NCBI GenBank assembly: GCA_002362175.1
Contig: DETU01000082.1
Location: 19,233-83,232 of the forward strand
Source of the DNA: Ruminococcus sp. UBA3280
GTDB lineage: Bacteria; Bacillota; Clostridia; Oscillospirales; Ruminococcaceae
DNA: 64,000 bases
Direction: 5' to 3'
Each line of letters starts with the position of its first letter. Within the stretch, counting starts at the first letter, position 1. The notes under the pieces are model-generated. The model saw only the letters and a list, made by a program, of their open reading frames with translations. It ran no database searches and was not told where the DNA came from. The position numbers were made by a program, and so were the translations under genes. This document shows positions 27,259 to 37,150 of this stretch, one piece after another.

Positions 27259-30200
27259 ATGAATAAATATTTTAAAAAGGCTTTTACAGTGATAACAGCT
27301 TTTTCACTGTCTTTGCCTTACTGTGTCAGACCTGATACGGACATTTTTTCCATTGAGGAAGATTCGGAAACAGTTTTTTCACCTGCGTTTCCAAAGTTCA
27401 CGCATATTGTCGGACAGCCCGAAGGAAATTTTTTTCTTACGGCGGACGGTAAGAAAATTGAAAATATTGCCGTACCTTACAGCAGGGCGGTTATGCCGTC
27501 AAGTTTTGATATGCGTGATGAAGGGACAATATCTTCTGTAAAGAATCAAGGTAATTATGGTAGTTGCTGGACACATTCATCTGCGTCAAGTGCGGAATCA
27601 GACGTAATAAAATCAAATCCGTCGGTAAATCTTTCAGAACTCCATACGGCGTATTATTCATATTCCGGTGATGAACAGATTAAAATTGATACCGAAAATC
27701 TTGATGAACATCTTGACTGGGGTGGCTCTACTGCTGTTGTTGTGAATCTGTGGTCTCAGTGGATAGGACCGGTATATGAAAGCCGACTGCCGTATGAAAA
27801 TACTGAATTTTTTGATAATCCCGAAGATGTGGAGAGTCTGAAATATGAGAGTGACTATCATCTTGAAAATGCCTATATGTTCGACTTTGATGATGAAAGA
27901 AGCAATGCCGACGATATAAACGCACTTGTAAAACAGTTCATATATAACGGACATTCCGTTGATGTTTCGTTTTATCATAATTATTTCGATTCTTACAATG
28001 CAGAATATAACTGCGTAAACAGTAACAGAAAACCAAGATTTTCAAATCATGCCGTAACAATAGCAGGCTGGGACGATAATTTTCCGTCATCAAATTTTAC
28101 TGTACAGCCTGAACATGACGGGGCATGGCTTGTAAAAAACAGCTGGGGATATGATTACGGCGATGACGGTTATTTTTGGATTTCCTATGATGATGCAAGT
28201 CTTTGTCAGTTTGCGGTGTATGAACTCGGAGACAGGAATAATTATTCTGTAAATTATCATCATGACACATTTATTCCCACCCAGCTTCTTTCTGCTGATT
28301 ATGAAAGCAGTTCATCATATATGGCAAATATCTTTACTGCTGAATCAGATATGCAGATTGATGCAGTTTCAACTTATATACAGAACGCCAATACAGATTA
28401 TGAAGTAACCGTATATACGAATCTTCAGGACGAGTCAGACCCTGTTTCTTCAGAAACACACTCCGTTGTTACTTCGGGGTCGGAAAGTCTTACAGGTTAT
28501 AAAACGATTGAACTTAATGAAAGTGTACCTGTAAAAGCGGGAGAAAAATTCAGTGTTGTTGTGAAGCTTACCTGTGAAAATAATCCTTATGTAATACCTG
28601 TTGAGGCGAGTATGTTCATAAAGGACAGCGAAACGGGGGAGATTATTGATTTAGGTGCGTTTTCAACATATGAACAGATAAAACAGTATACAGGCAATAA
28701 TGAAAGCTTTTTCAGTGACGACGGTCAGACATGGTCTGATACTGCTGACGAAGAATATATTTATAATGATGAAGAAAAGGCACTGATGCTTGAAATACTG
28801 AAAGAAGAACTTTATGACGGTCTTTTACCGTCTGATATGGAAGAAATTGCAAATGCCGATATGATTTATCAGAATTATGAAATGCTTTTTGAATCGGGAG
28901 AACTTCATATAATTGTAGGTAACGTTTCACTTAAAGTGTTCGGCAATCCGTCGGGAACAGTCGGATTTTCACATATTTCGGGAGCAGTTCCGTCGGACGA
29001 GACGGTGTCTCTTTATTCGTCGGACGGAAGTGATATAATGGTATCTGTGAATGGTTCGTCTTATGTGCCGTATACAGAACCCTTGGCTATAACCGAAGAA
29101 ACGACAATTTCCGCTTACACTTCTCTCGGTGTGTTCAGTGAAAGAACATATACACCTGCAAAAGCTGAATTTAATGACATATGCTGTGCCGTACATAATA
29201 ATGTAACAGTAAAATATCTTAAAGCCGAAAAGGTAAGTGAAAATGAATATGTTTTAAATGTTGCGAATTCTGACCGTGAAATTCAGTTTTATCCCGTAAC
29301 AAGTGCTGATGTCATAATGAACGGAAAGAAAATCAACAGTTTTGAATATACTGATTTAACGGCAATTCCTTACGGAGAAAGTACCGTCACGTTTGAACTG
29401 TCGGAAAACGGAAAGCTTTCTGATACAGTTACCCTGAAAATCGAAAAAAATCCCGTATCATTTGACCTTGAAAAAGAGATTATTTATTTGTCGGAAGGTT
29501 GCAGGGTAACGGCAGAGGACGGAACTGAATTTCAAGGCGGAGAATATATCGGAGAATATGCGGGTCAGACGGTTACAGTTACATGGAATGACGGTGAAGA
29601 AGAAATAATCTGTAATATTCCCGAACGTGCGGTAATGCCCGAACTTGAAACGGACTATTATTATGAAACTCTTGGTTTCATTCCGAATGAAACAGCTGAA
29701 AGGCTTGTGTATTCCATAAAGGAAAATCCACAGGAATCAGACTATGTTTCCGCAGAAAAAAGACTTATTGACGGTACATGGATTAATTCGGGAATGGTTA
29801 TGAATAAGGCGTTTAAGGTTATTCCGTCGGAAACTGTTACGTTTAAAATACTTGCCGGAAATGATATGTTTGCAAGTGAACCGTTTACAGTTCATATTCC
29901 CGAAGCAAATGAAGCACCCGACAAAATGCCTGAATTTACGGCAGAAAACGGAAAGTATCATTTGAACGGATATACTTATGAAATAGCAAGGCTCGCAGAA
30001 TTTTCTGAAACAGTTATTAAGGAGCAGGCGGAAGAATGGGGATATTCCGATGTGGAAGAATATCTGAATGTTATGGGAAAACGTTTCGGAATAGATAACC
30101 GTGACAAACTGAAAGAAATCTTGACTTCATCATGGGAGACTGATACCGAAATTGAGAGCGGACAGGTATTCGCTCTTAGATATTCTTCAACTAATACGGC

Positions 30201-30450
30201 CTTTGCGTCAAAGTGTGCGTTTATGACATTTTCCGAAAAGGGTGATGTTAACGGTGACGGCTTTGTTGACTCGGTTGATGCAACACAGGTTATGATTCAT
30301 TACGCAAATCTTTCTGCAAACGGAAATAGTACAATTCCGGAAGATAAACTTTCTGTTGCAGACTATAACGACGACGGTTTTGTTGATTCAGTTGACGCAA
30401 CAGGTATACTTATTTATTATGCGAAGATTTCGGCACAGTCAAAAAATTGA
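27259..30450 (+). CDS. Secreted papain-like (C1A) cysteine peptidase with a lectin-like domain and C-terminal dockerin
   Basis: Signal peptide; VKNQGNYGSCW, NHAVTIAGWDD, WLVKNSWG..G..GYFWISY; paired Ca-binding loops at the C-terminus. Confidence 0.9.
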   Translation: MNKYFKKAFTVITAFSLSLPYCVRPDTDIFSIEEDSETVFSPAFPKFTHIVGQPEGNFFLTADGKKIENIAVPYSRAVMPSSFDMRDEGTISSVKNQGNYGSCWTHSSASSAESDVIKSNPSVNLSELHTAYYSYSGDEQIKIDTENLDEHLDWGGSTAVVVNLWSQWIGPVYESRLPYENTEFFDNPEDVESLKYESDYHLENAYMFDFDDERSNADDINALVKQFIYNGHSVDVSFYHNYFDSYNAEYNCVNSNRKPRFSNHAVTIAGWDDNFPSSNFTVQPEHDGAWLVKNSWGYDYGDDGYFWISYDDASLCQFAVYELGDRNNYSVNYHHDTFIPTQLLSADYESSSSYMANIFTAESDMQIDAVSTYIQNANTDYEVTVYTNLQDESDPVSSETHSVVTSGSESLTGYKTIELNESVPVKAGEKFSVVVKLTCENNPYVIPVEASMFIKDSETGEIIDLGAFSTYEQIKQYTGNNESFFSDDGQTWSDTADEEYIYNDEEKALMLEILKEELYDGLLPSDMEEIANADMIYQNYEMLFESGELHIIVGNVSLKVFGNPSGTVGFSHISGAVPSDETVSLYSSDGSDIMVSVNGSSYVPYTEPLAITEETTISAYTSLGVFSERTYTPAKAEFNDICCAVHNNVTVKYLKAEKVSENEYVLNVANSDREIQFYPVTSADVIMNGKKINSFEYTDLTAIPYGESTVTFELSENGKLSDTVTLKIEKNPVSFDLEKEIIYLSEGCRVTAEDGTEFQGGEYIGEYAGQTVTVTWNDGEEEIICNIPERAVMPELETDYYYETLGFIPNETAERLVYSIKENPQESDYVSAEKRLIDGTWINSGMVMNKAFKVIPSETVTFKILAGNDMFASEPFTVHIPEANEAPDKMPEFTAENGKYHLNGYTYEIARLAEFSETVIKEQAEEWGYSDVEEYLNVMGKRFGIDNRDKLKEILTSSWETDTEIESGQVFALRYSSTNTAFASKCAFMTFSEKGDVNGDGFVDSVDATQVMIHYANLSANGNSTIPEDKLSVADYNDDGFVDSVDATGILIYYAKISAQSKN
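30238..30435 (+). repeat. Dockerin module (duplicated Ca-binding loop-helix)
   Basis: GDVNGDGFVDSVDATQVMIHYA ... ADYNDDGFVDSVDATGILIYYA. Confidence 0.9.
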
Positions 30451-30462
30451 AGGCAATAATTA

Positions 30463-31275
30463 ATGGACAGAAAAGGAATTATATATCTGATTGCATCAAT
30501 GATTGCAGTAATATGCACTGCTTGTCTTGTACTTGAATCAGATAAAAAATCAGATGACGAAATAACAATCACAGTTATGAACAGCGGAACAGTTGAAGTT
30601 GTTCAGACGGAAAATATTCAGACAAAATTAAAAACATTTACGACCGCTCCGAAAACAAAAACAACATCTTCTTCAACGGTTACTGCGGTTTCGTCAATTT
30701 CAACAAATACGGAGCAGGAAATTACAGAAACTCAACCTGCATACAGTGATTATGAAGTACTTTACATTGATATAAACACGGCAAACGCAGAAGAATTGAT
30801 GTTACTTGACGGAATCGGTGAAGTGACAGCGGAAGCGATTATAAATTATCGTGAAGAAAACGGCGGTTTTCGTAACATTGAAGAAATAATGAATGTTTAT
30901 GGTATCGGTGAAGTGAAATTTGAGAAAATACGTGAATATATCTATGTTCTGAACCCCGTTTATGACTATGAAGATGAGATTTTTCAGGAATATGAAGAAC
31001 CTGAAATAGTTTCGGAAGAGGTTGAAGAAGTTACAGAAACGGTTGAGAAAGTTACGGAAATGACGCTTGAAAACTGTTCTCCGATAGATATTAATACAGC
31101 AGATTCGGAAATACTCATGTTACTGCCGTATGTAGATGAGCAGATTGCACAAGATATTATAACACTCCGCAGTGAACTCAATGGTTTTTCAAATGTCTAT
31201 GAACTTTTGTACATTGACAAACTTAACCAAAAACAAGTGGCAGAGTTGACAGAATTTGTAACAGTTGGGCAATAG
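30463..31275 (+). CDS. comEA: ComEA-like membrane-anchored helix-hairpin-helix DNA-binding protein with two HhH modules
   Basis: N-terminal TM, Thr-rich linker, IDINTANAEELMLLDGIGEVTAEAII..R...GGF, and a second IDINTAD module. Confidence 0.75.
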   Translation: MDRKGIIYLIASMIAVICTACLVLESDKKSDDEITITVMNSGTVEVVQTENIQTKLKTFTTAPKTKTTSSSTVTAVSSISTNTEQEITETQPAYSDYEVLYIDINTANAEELMLLDGIGEVTAEAIINYREENGGFRNIEEIMNVYGIGEVKFEKIREYIYVLNPVYDYEDEIFQEYEEPEIVSEEVEEVTETVEKVTEMTLENCSPIDINTADSEILMLLPYVDEQIAQDIITLRSELNGFSNVYELLYIDKLNQKQVAELTEFVTVGQ

Positions 31276-31436
31276 GTCTAAAAGACGAGTTGAATAATAG
31301 TGCATAAATGTGAATTTGTTTTTTACCGATTTGTAACTTTTTTAGAATTACGCTATTATTTATGTCGCTTTTAACAATAAAATGATGTTGAAAATATACA
31401 ACATAGCCAAAAAATATTAAAGAACGATATAAAGCA

Positions 31437-31465
31437 TTGACTTTAGACGAAAAATAAGGTATATT
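31437..31465 (+). promoter_or_regulatory. sigma-A promoter of the sugar ABC operon
   Basis: TTGACT-17 bp-TATATT. Confidence 0.6.
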
Positions 31466-31471
31466 TTAAGT

Positions 31472-31760
31472 ATAAAAGCAATTGGTCCGCAGTATGTGCC
31501 GACGTGTAAGTGTTGTACCGGTGCTTATGCCGAAATACATATGCTCCGGAAATAGTGCGGAATGGTTTCCGTTTCAGGAGCTTTTGGTGGATTATATTGA
31601 CTTTTTGTCTTTGTTACGGCTTTGAGAAAGCCGACGGTTTCGTGGGATAAAAAGGCAGTGATGAGTACATTCATCAGGCAAAGTATTCTGTTTGAAACCA
31701 CATAAGTTATTCATACATATTATATTTATCTGAAATATAATATACATATTTAAGGAGGAA
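31472..31760 (+). ncRNA. Candidate structured 5' leader RNA
   Basis: ORF-free and GC-richer than the flanking intergenic DNA; several helices, many with G-U pairs, between the promoter and the AAGGAGG RBS. Confidence 0.5.
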
Positions 31761-31767
31761 AAATCTA

Positions 31768-33285
31768 ATGAACACACTTAAAAGAACATTAGCTTTAGTA
31801 GCTACACTTGCTATGGCTACTGGTGCATTCGCAAGCTGTGGTAAGGAAGATGACACTTCATCTACAAGCACATCTTCTTCTGCTCCTGAGAGCAGTGCAG
31901 AATCTTCTGCTGAGGAATCTTCTGCTGAAGAATCAAGCGATGCAGAATCTTCTGCTGAGGAATCAAGCGACGCAGAGTCTTCTGATGCTGAAGACGAAGA
32001 ATCTTCTGCTGTTGAATCAACAGCTTCTGCTGAACTCGGCGAAATTTCACTCGCTACAGGCGGTGACACATTCACAGTAGCAGCTTGGAACGCTGATGAC
32101 GTACCGGCTATGCTTGAACAGTGGAAGGCTGCTACAGGCACTTCTGACGACAAGGTAAACTTCATCAACTTCGATGTAGGCGGCGGTGCTGCTTCTGAAA
32201 AGTATGACGCTCTCTTCAATGACGGTGCAGACCTCGACGTTTACTTCTGTGAAGCAGACTGGGCTCTTAAGTACATCAACGATGATACTAAGACAGCTCC
32301 TCTTGAACAGCTCGGTTTCTCAGATGCTAACTTTGCTGACATCTACTCTTACACAGACGAAATCGGTAAGGATTCCAACGGCGTTCGTAAGGGCGTTTCA
32401 TGGCAGGCTGCAGCAGGCGGTTTCGCTTACAGAACAGACCTCGCTGAACAGTATCTCGGCGTAAAGACTCCTGAAGAAATGCAGGCTAAGATTGGCGACT
32501 GGGAAAGCTTCGTAACAGCTGCTGAAGATATTGCTGAACAGTCCGGCGGTAAGACAGCTCTCGCTGATACACTCGGTGGTATGTGGCAGGTATTCGCAGC
32601 AAGCCGTACAACTCCTTGGGTTGTTGACAACGCTCTCGAAGTTGACGCTTCATGTGAAGAATTCGCTAACTATGCTAAGAGACTTTGGGATTGCGGCGGC
32701 GTAACAAAGAATCCTCAGTGGGATGCTTCTTGGTATGCTTCAGGTCAGGACGACAGTGCAATGGGCTTCTTCGTATCAACATGGGGCTTCGGCGACGCTA
32801 TTCTTGCTCAGGCAGCAGGTGGCGAAGGCGGTGCTACATACGGTAAGTGGAATGTTTGTCAGGGTCCTTCACCTTACTTCTGGGGCGGTACATGGATTGT
32901 TGTTAATCCTGCTACTGATAACGCAGAAGAGGCTCAGTCCTTCATCAAGACATTCACAGTTGACCAGGAACAGATTAAGAAGTACGCTCTTGACAAGCCT
33001 GAATACTGCAACAACATGGCTGTAATGCAGGAAATCGTTGATTCCGGTGAAAACCCGAACGACTACGTTACAAACCTCCTCGATGGTCAGAACTACTTTG
33101 CAGTTCTCCACGAGAATGCTAAGAAGATTAACCTTAACGGTCTTATCACTCCTTATGATGCTACAATCAAGGCTGACTTCATCGAAACAGTTCAGTCTGA
33201 ATTCCTTGAATCAGGTGCTTCATGGGAAGATACTCAGAAAGACTTCATCAAGAAAGTTTATGCAGATATTCCTGACCTTCAGTAA
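31768..33285 (+). CDS. Carbohydrate ABC transporter substrate-binding lipoprotein
   Basis: Lipobox FASC, Ser/Glu linker, YRTDL, WGGTW; strongly biased codon usage (GCT/TTC/AAC) suggests high expression. Confidence 0.9.
   Translation: MNTLKRTLALVATLAMATGAFASCGKEDDTSSTSTSSSAPESSAESSAEESSAEESSDAESSAEESSDAESSDAEDEESSAVESTASAELGEISLATGGDTFTVAAWNADDVPAMLEQWKAATGTSDDKVNFINFDVGGGAASEKYDALFNDGADLDVYFCEADWALKYINDDTKTAPLEQLGFSDANFADIYSYTDEIGKDSNGVRKGVSWQAAAGGFAYRTDLAEQYLGVKTPEEMQAKIGDWESFVTAAEDIAEQSGGKTALADTLGGMWQVFAASRTTPWVVDNALEVDASCEEFANYAKRLWDCGGVTKNPQWDASWYASGQDDSAMGFFVSTWGFGDAILAQAAGGEGGATYGKWNVCQGPSPYFWGGTWIVVNPATDNAEEAQSFIKTFTVDQEQIKKYALDKPEYCNNMAVMQEIVDSGENPNDYVTNLLDGQNYFAVLHENAKKINLNGLITPYDATIKADFIETVQSEFLESGASWEDTQKDFIKKVYADIPDLQ
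31900..31989 (+). repeat. Six imperfect 15-bp tandem repeats (ESSAE/ESSDA linker)
   Basis: gaatcttctgctgag/gaatcttctgctgaa/gaatcaagcgatgca/gaatcttctgctgag/gaatcaagcgacgca/gagtcttctgatgct. Confidence 0.9.
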
Positions 33286-33311
33286 TATTTAGTCAAGTCC
33301 TAAATCTTATT

Positions 33312-33338
33312 GCCTATGGAACACTGCGTTCCATAGGC
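33312..33338 (+). promoter_or_regulatory. Intercistronic stem-loop after the SBP gene
   Basis: Perfect 11 bp stem gcctatggaac/gttccataggc with only a weak U-tract. Confidence 0.7.
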
Positions 33339-33370
33339 GTTTATTAAATATTACGAAAGGGTGTGTGTGT

Positions 33371-34480
33371 ATGGCATCAGCTGCTCAGAGCAGAATTAAA
33401 TCAATCAGCTATGCTAAATATGGTTACATATTTATTTTACCGTTTTTTATTGTTTATTGCTTTTTCCAGTTATGGCCTCTGATTTACACCTTTATCCTTG
33501 CTTTTAAGGGAAATCAGAGTGCGGGCGACGATTTCGTCGGTTTCAAAAACTTCAGCGATTTGCTTTTCAGTCATTCTTACAATGAAAATGACCTCCTTAG
33601 TTCAGATAAGGCAGTAAAGGCTGCTGCAAGAGCCATCATGGCTGTTGACGAACAGCATCAGAATTTTATAAGATGTCTGAAAAATACCATTGTTCTTTGG
33701 TTTGGTAACTTTGTACCGCAGATTGCACTTTCACTTTCACTCGCTGTATGGTTCACAGACGCTAAACTCAAGATTCCGGGAAAAGGTTTTTTCAAGGTAA
33801 TCATGTATATGCCTAACATTATTACCGCTGCTTCAATAGCTGTACTTTTCCTTCAGCTTTGTGCTGATACAAACTATTCGGCAGCTACTATCCTTGGTAG
33901 GTCTCTCGGTATTCTCGACGATGGTGAATTCTTTAACATGACAAAGAATATTCCGAGTGAAGTAGTATGGCCTCCTCGTATAATCGTTATGTTTATTCAG
34001 ACATGGATGTGGTTTGGTAATACAATGATTATGCTTATGTCAGGTATCATGGGTATCAACCCGTCACTCTTTGAAGCTGCAAGCATCGACGGTGCTTCAA
34101 GCGGTCAGACTTTCGTTAAGATTACTGTTCCGCTCCTCAGCCCGATTCTCGTTTACACAGTCATCACTTCTATGATTGGTGGTCTCCAGATGTTCGATAT
34201 GCCTTACCTTTTCACAACTTCAAAAGAAGGCGCACGTATCGACAATATCGAAACAATTGCTGTTTATATTTATGATAAGTTCCACAGTGGTGCTATTGAA
34301 CCGTCATACGGTTATTCAGGTGCGGCTTCAGTTGTACTCTTCCTTATCACTGCAATTCTCGGTGCTATTATCTTCCGTATCAACCGTGACGAAGATGAGC
34401 ACAGAAAGAAGAAGGAACGTAAAGAACTTATCAAACAGCAGAAGTCAAAGAATAAACAGTTTGGAGGTCTTAGTATATGA
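33371..34480 (+). CDS. Carbohydrate ABC transporter permease (MalF-like)
   Basis: YGYIFILPF, FVGFKNF, LFEAASIDGAS EAA loop, YGYSGA. Confidence 0.9.
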   Translation: MASAAQSRIKSISYAKYGYIFILPFFIVYCFFQLWPLIYTFILAFKGNQSAGDDFVGFKNFSDLLFSHSYNENDLLSSDKAVKAAARAIMAVDEQHQNFIRCLKNTIVLWFGNFVPQIALSLSLAVWFTDAKLKIPGKGFFKVIMYMPNIITAASIAVLFLQLCADTNYSAATILGRSLGILDDGEFFNMTKNIPSEVVWPPRIIVMFIQTWMWFGNTMIMLMSGIMGINPSLFEAASIDGASSGQTFVKITVPLLSPILVYTVITSMIGGLQMFDMPYLFTTSKEGARIDNIETIAVYIYDKFHSGAIEPSYGYSGAASVVLFLITAILGAIIFRINRDEDEHRKKKERKELIKQQKSKNKQFGGLSI

Positions 34481-35391
34481 GCAAGATGAAAGCAACTTAC
34501 GGAGACACTCAGGACAACTACACAAGAAGTCTGAAAATCAAATCAGGCATAATCTTTGTGTGGCTGATTATTCTTACAATAATCTGTTTGCTCCCTATTT
34601 ACATTCTTATTCTTAATGCTACACGTTCACATGGTGAAATCATCAGCATGACGGGTCTTGGAAGCCTTTTTGTTCCGAGTAGCCATTTAGCTGAAAACAT
34701 CAAGAACCTCAGCACTAAGACTTCAGAAGATTTCAGCCTTATGATTGGTTATAAAAACAGCTTGACTATCACTGTTTGTTCCACTTTCCTGACTGTTTTC
34801 TTCTCAGCTATGACAGCTTATGGTATTCGTGTTTATGACTTCAAACTCAAAGATGCAGCTTATACAGCTATTCTTCTTGTAATGATGGTTCCTGTACAGG
34901 TAACATCTGCCGGTTTCGTTAAGTTCATGATTAATCTTCACCTTACAAACTCATTCATTCCGCTTATCATTCCGGCTGTTGCAGCACCTGCGGTAGTATA
35001 CTTCATGGTTTCCTACCTCAAGTCCTCATTCTCACAGGCTATTGTTGAGGCTGCACGTATCGACGGATGCAGCGAATTCAGAACATTCCTTCAGATAGCT
35101 ATTCCTATGATGAAGCCGGCTATTGCCGTACAGGCAATCTTTGCTTTCATCGCAAGCTGGAATAACTTCTATACACCTAATATGATTCTTATCGACCCCA
35201 ACAAGGGCGGTACAACAAACCTCCGTACACTTCCTATGATGCTTGGTATCCTCCAGTCATCACAGAAAACTGCTGACTATGGTATGATTTACACTTGTAT
35301 TGCACTCGGTATTATTCCGATTATCATTGCATACATCTGTCTTTCTAAGTTCATCATTGCCGGTGTTGCCCTCGGTGGTGTAAAGGAATAA
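34477..35391 (+). CDS. Carbohydrate ABC transporter permease (MalG-like)
   Basis: IVEAARIDGCSEFRTF, F..SWNNF, GVALGGVKE. Confidence 0.92.
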   Translation: MSKMKATYGDTQDNYTRSLKIKSGIIFVWLIILTIICLLPIYILILNATRSHGEIISMTGLGSLFVPSSHLAENIKNLSTKTSEDFSLMIGYKNSLTITVCSTFLTVFFSAMTAYGIRVYDFKLKDAAYTAILLVMMVPVQVTSAGFVKFMINLHLTNSFIPLIIPAVAAPAVVYFMVSYLKSSFSQAIVEAARIDGCSEFRTFLQIAIPMMKPAIAVQAIFAFIASWNNFYTPNMILIDPNKGGTTNLRTLPMMLGILQSSQKTADYGMIYTCIALGIIPIIIAYICLSKFIIAGVALGGVKE

Positions 35392-35403
35392 TTCTAAAAA
35401 ATT

Positions 35404-35461
35404 ACAGCACACTTCGGTGTGCTGTTTTTTTGTTTTTGGACGCTTAATGCGTCCTTTTTTT
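35404..35461 (+). terminator. Tandem Rho-independent terminators
   Basis: acagcacac-TTCG-gtgtgctgt-T run, followed by ggacgc/gcgtcc-T run. Confidence 0.8.
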
Positions 35462-35512
35462 GTAATATTGAGAGTAATATTTGAATATGATTAAGTGAAA
35501 GGAGTGTTTATA

Positions 35513-36436
35513 ATGACGGACAGTACAAGCTATGAAATAATTTCATCTTATGTGACTGAACCTGTACGGACAGCAATGCGGTCGGTAAACTTCAATGAGA
35601 GAAAAGCAACGGAAATTCGTCTCAGATGTGAACGGGCTGTATCGTATATTTATCCGAATAAGATAAAATATCTAACAAGAAACGGCAGACTTACAGAAAA
35701 TTATCACGATTCTGAATGTATCAGGGTAACAGCAACTGACATCAGACAGATTGTAGAAAAACTTTGTCATTTTTCCATTTATAGCTGTACAAAGGAACTT
35801 CATGAGGGCTATTTTGTTCTGAAAAACGGAATCCGTGTGGGAGTTGCGGGTACTTATTCAGATACTGCCGGACAAACTATCAATGATTTCGGTTCATTGA
35901 ATTTTCGTATTGCAAGGTGCGTTGAAAATTGTGCTGTACAGATTTATGAAAGAATTTTCGGGAATCAGAATAGCGTGATTATATGCGGAGGGGTAAATTC
36001 AGGAAAAACCACTGTTTTGCGTGATTTATGCAGACTGTGCGGAAACAGCTTCAAGGTGTCGCTGATTGACGAACGCAATGAAATTTCTTCTTCCTTTGGA
36101 GGTGTGTCGGAAAATGACGTAGGGGTTCTGACCGACGTACTTGTGGGTTGTAAGCGTTCGGTCGGAATAGTTTCAGCAGTGCGGACACTTTCACCTGATA
36201 TGATTTTCTGTGACGAAATTTCTGAAACAGAAGATTCAGAAGCGATTTTACATGCTTTTGGGTGTGGTGTGAATTTTGCCGCAACGGTTCACGCAGAAAA
36301 TTATGAAAATCTTATGAAACGTACTGCAATAAAACCGCTGATTGAAGCAGGAGTTTTTGACTATGCGGTTTTTCTTGAGGGAAACGGTTTTCCCGGAAAA
36401 ATAAGGGAAATCAGGAGGCTGAAAAATGCTTTTTAG
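35513..36436 (+). CDS. spoIIIAA: Stage III sporulation ATPase AA
   Basis: EIRLR, G.RVGVAG, SLNFRIAR, Walker A GGVNSGKTT.LRD, IDER.EI, RTLSP...CDEI. Confidence 0.9.
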   Translation: MTDSTSYEIISSYVTEPVRTAMRSVNFNERKATEIRLRCERAVSYIYPNKIKYLTRNGRLTENYHDSECIRVTATDIRQIVEKLCHFSIYSCTKELHEGYFVLKNGIRVGVAGTYSDTAGQTINDFGSLNFRIARCVENCAVQIYERIFGNQNSVIICGGVNSGKTTVLRDLCRLCGNSFKVSLIDERNEISSSFGGVSENDVGVLTDVLVGCKRSVGIVSAVRTLSPDMIFCDEISETEDSEAILHAFGCGVNFAATVHAENYENLMKRTAIKPLIEAGVFDYAVFLEGNGFPGKIREIRRLKNAF

Positions 36437-36932
36437 GATTGTTGCGGCGGTATTGTTTTCAACTGCGGGAGGAATTGCAGGTGTTTCGTTTTCAGAACGT
36501 CTGAAAACAGAGCTTGAATTATGCAGGAGTATCAGGGAAATGCTTATGGATTCTGCGACGATTATCAGGTGTCGTGCGGCTGACGTATATTCTCTAAGCA
36601 CGGAACTGAGACAGAACGGACAACTTTTCCGTCTTACATTTTTAAATGAAATTCCCGAAAGTTATAATCAGCAGGACGATTTTCATGCAATATGGAGAAA
36701 TGCTGTAAATTCACAGAAAAATCTTCCCGATGAAGAAAAGAAACTTTTATGTGATTTCGGTGAAATACTGGGAAGAAGCGATATTGACGGTCAGCTTTTA
36801 TCAATAAATGCATTTGAAGAAACGGCTGTAATGCTGGAGAAAAAGCGTTCGGAGGCTTATTCGCAGAAAGGAAAACTCTACAGGAGTGTCGGTATGCTGT
36901 TTGGTGTAATGGTCGGCATACTTGTAATTTAA
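36426..36932 (+). CDS. spoIIIAB: Stage III sporulation protein AB
   Basis: LG.SD..GQ, K.KLYRSVG.L.G; operon position. Confidence 0.85.
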   Translation: MLFRIVAAVLFSTAGGIAGVSFSERLKTELELCRSIREMLMDSATIIRCRAADVYSLSTELRQNGQLFRLTFLNEIPESYNQQDDFHAIWRNAVNSQKNLPDEEKKLLCDFGEILGRSDIDGQLLSINAFEETAVMLEKKRSEAYSQKGKLYRSVGMLFGVMVGILVI

Positions 36933-36949
36933 AGCATGAAAGGAAGAAG

Positions 36950-37150
36950 ATGATGGACATTGATTTGATTTTTAAAATTGCGGGAACGGGAATAATTATT
37001 GCTGTGCTGAATCTTGTTCTGAAACGTGCGGAACGTGAAGAACAGGCAATGATGACCACTCTTGCGGGGCTTATAGTTGTATTGCTGGTCATAGTGGACG
37101 AAATCGGCGATTTGTTTGAAAAAGTAAAAACGGTGTTTGGCTTATGGTAG
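36950..37150 (+). CDS. spoIIIAC: Stage III sporulation protein AC
   Basis: MDIDLIFKIAG.GII.AVLN.VLK...REEQA...TLAG. Confidence 0.93.
   Translation: MMDIDLIFKIAGTGIIIAVLNLVLKRAEREEQAMMTTLAGLIVVLLVIVDEIGDLFEKVKTVFGLW

Noticed and set aside
31900-31989. 15-bp tandem repeats as a possible CRISPR array or contingency locus
   Set aside because: No spacers and no cas genes; the units are in-frame, degenerate and encode a lipoprotein linker.
31707-32219. 170 aa antisense ORF over the SBP gene, and other overlapping ORFs in 31800-33300
   Set aside because: Shadow of the strong codon bias and the Ser/Glu repeat of the real gene; no RBS or recognisable motif.
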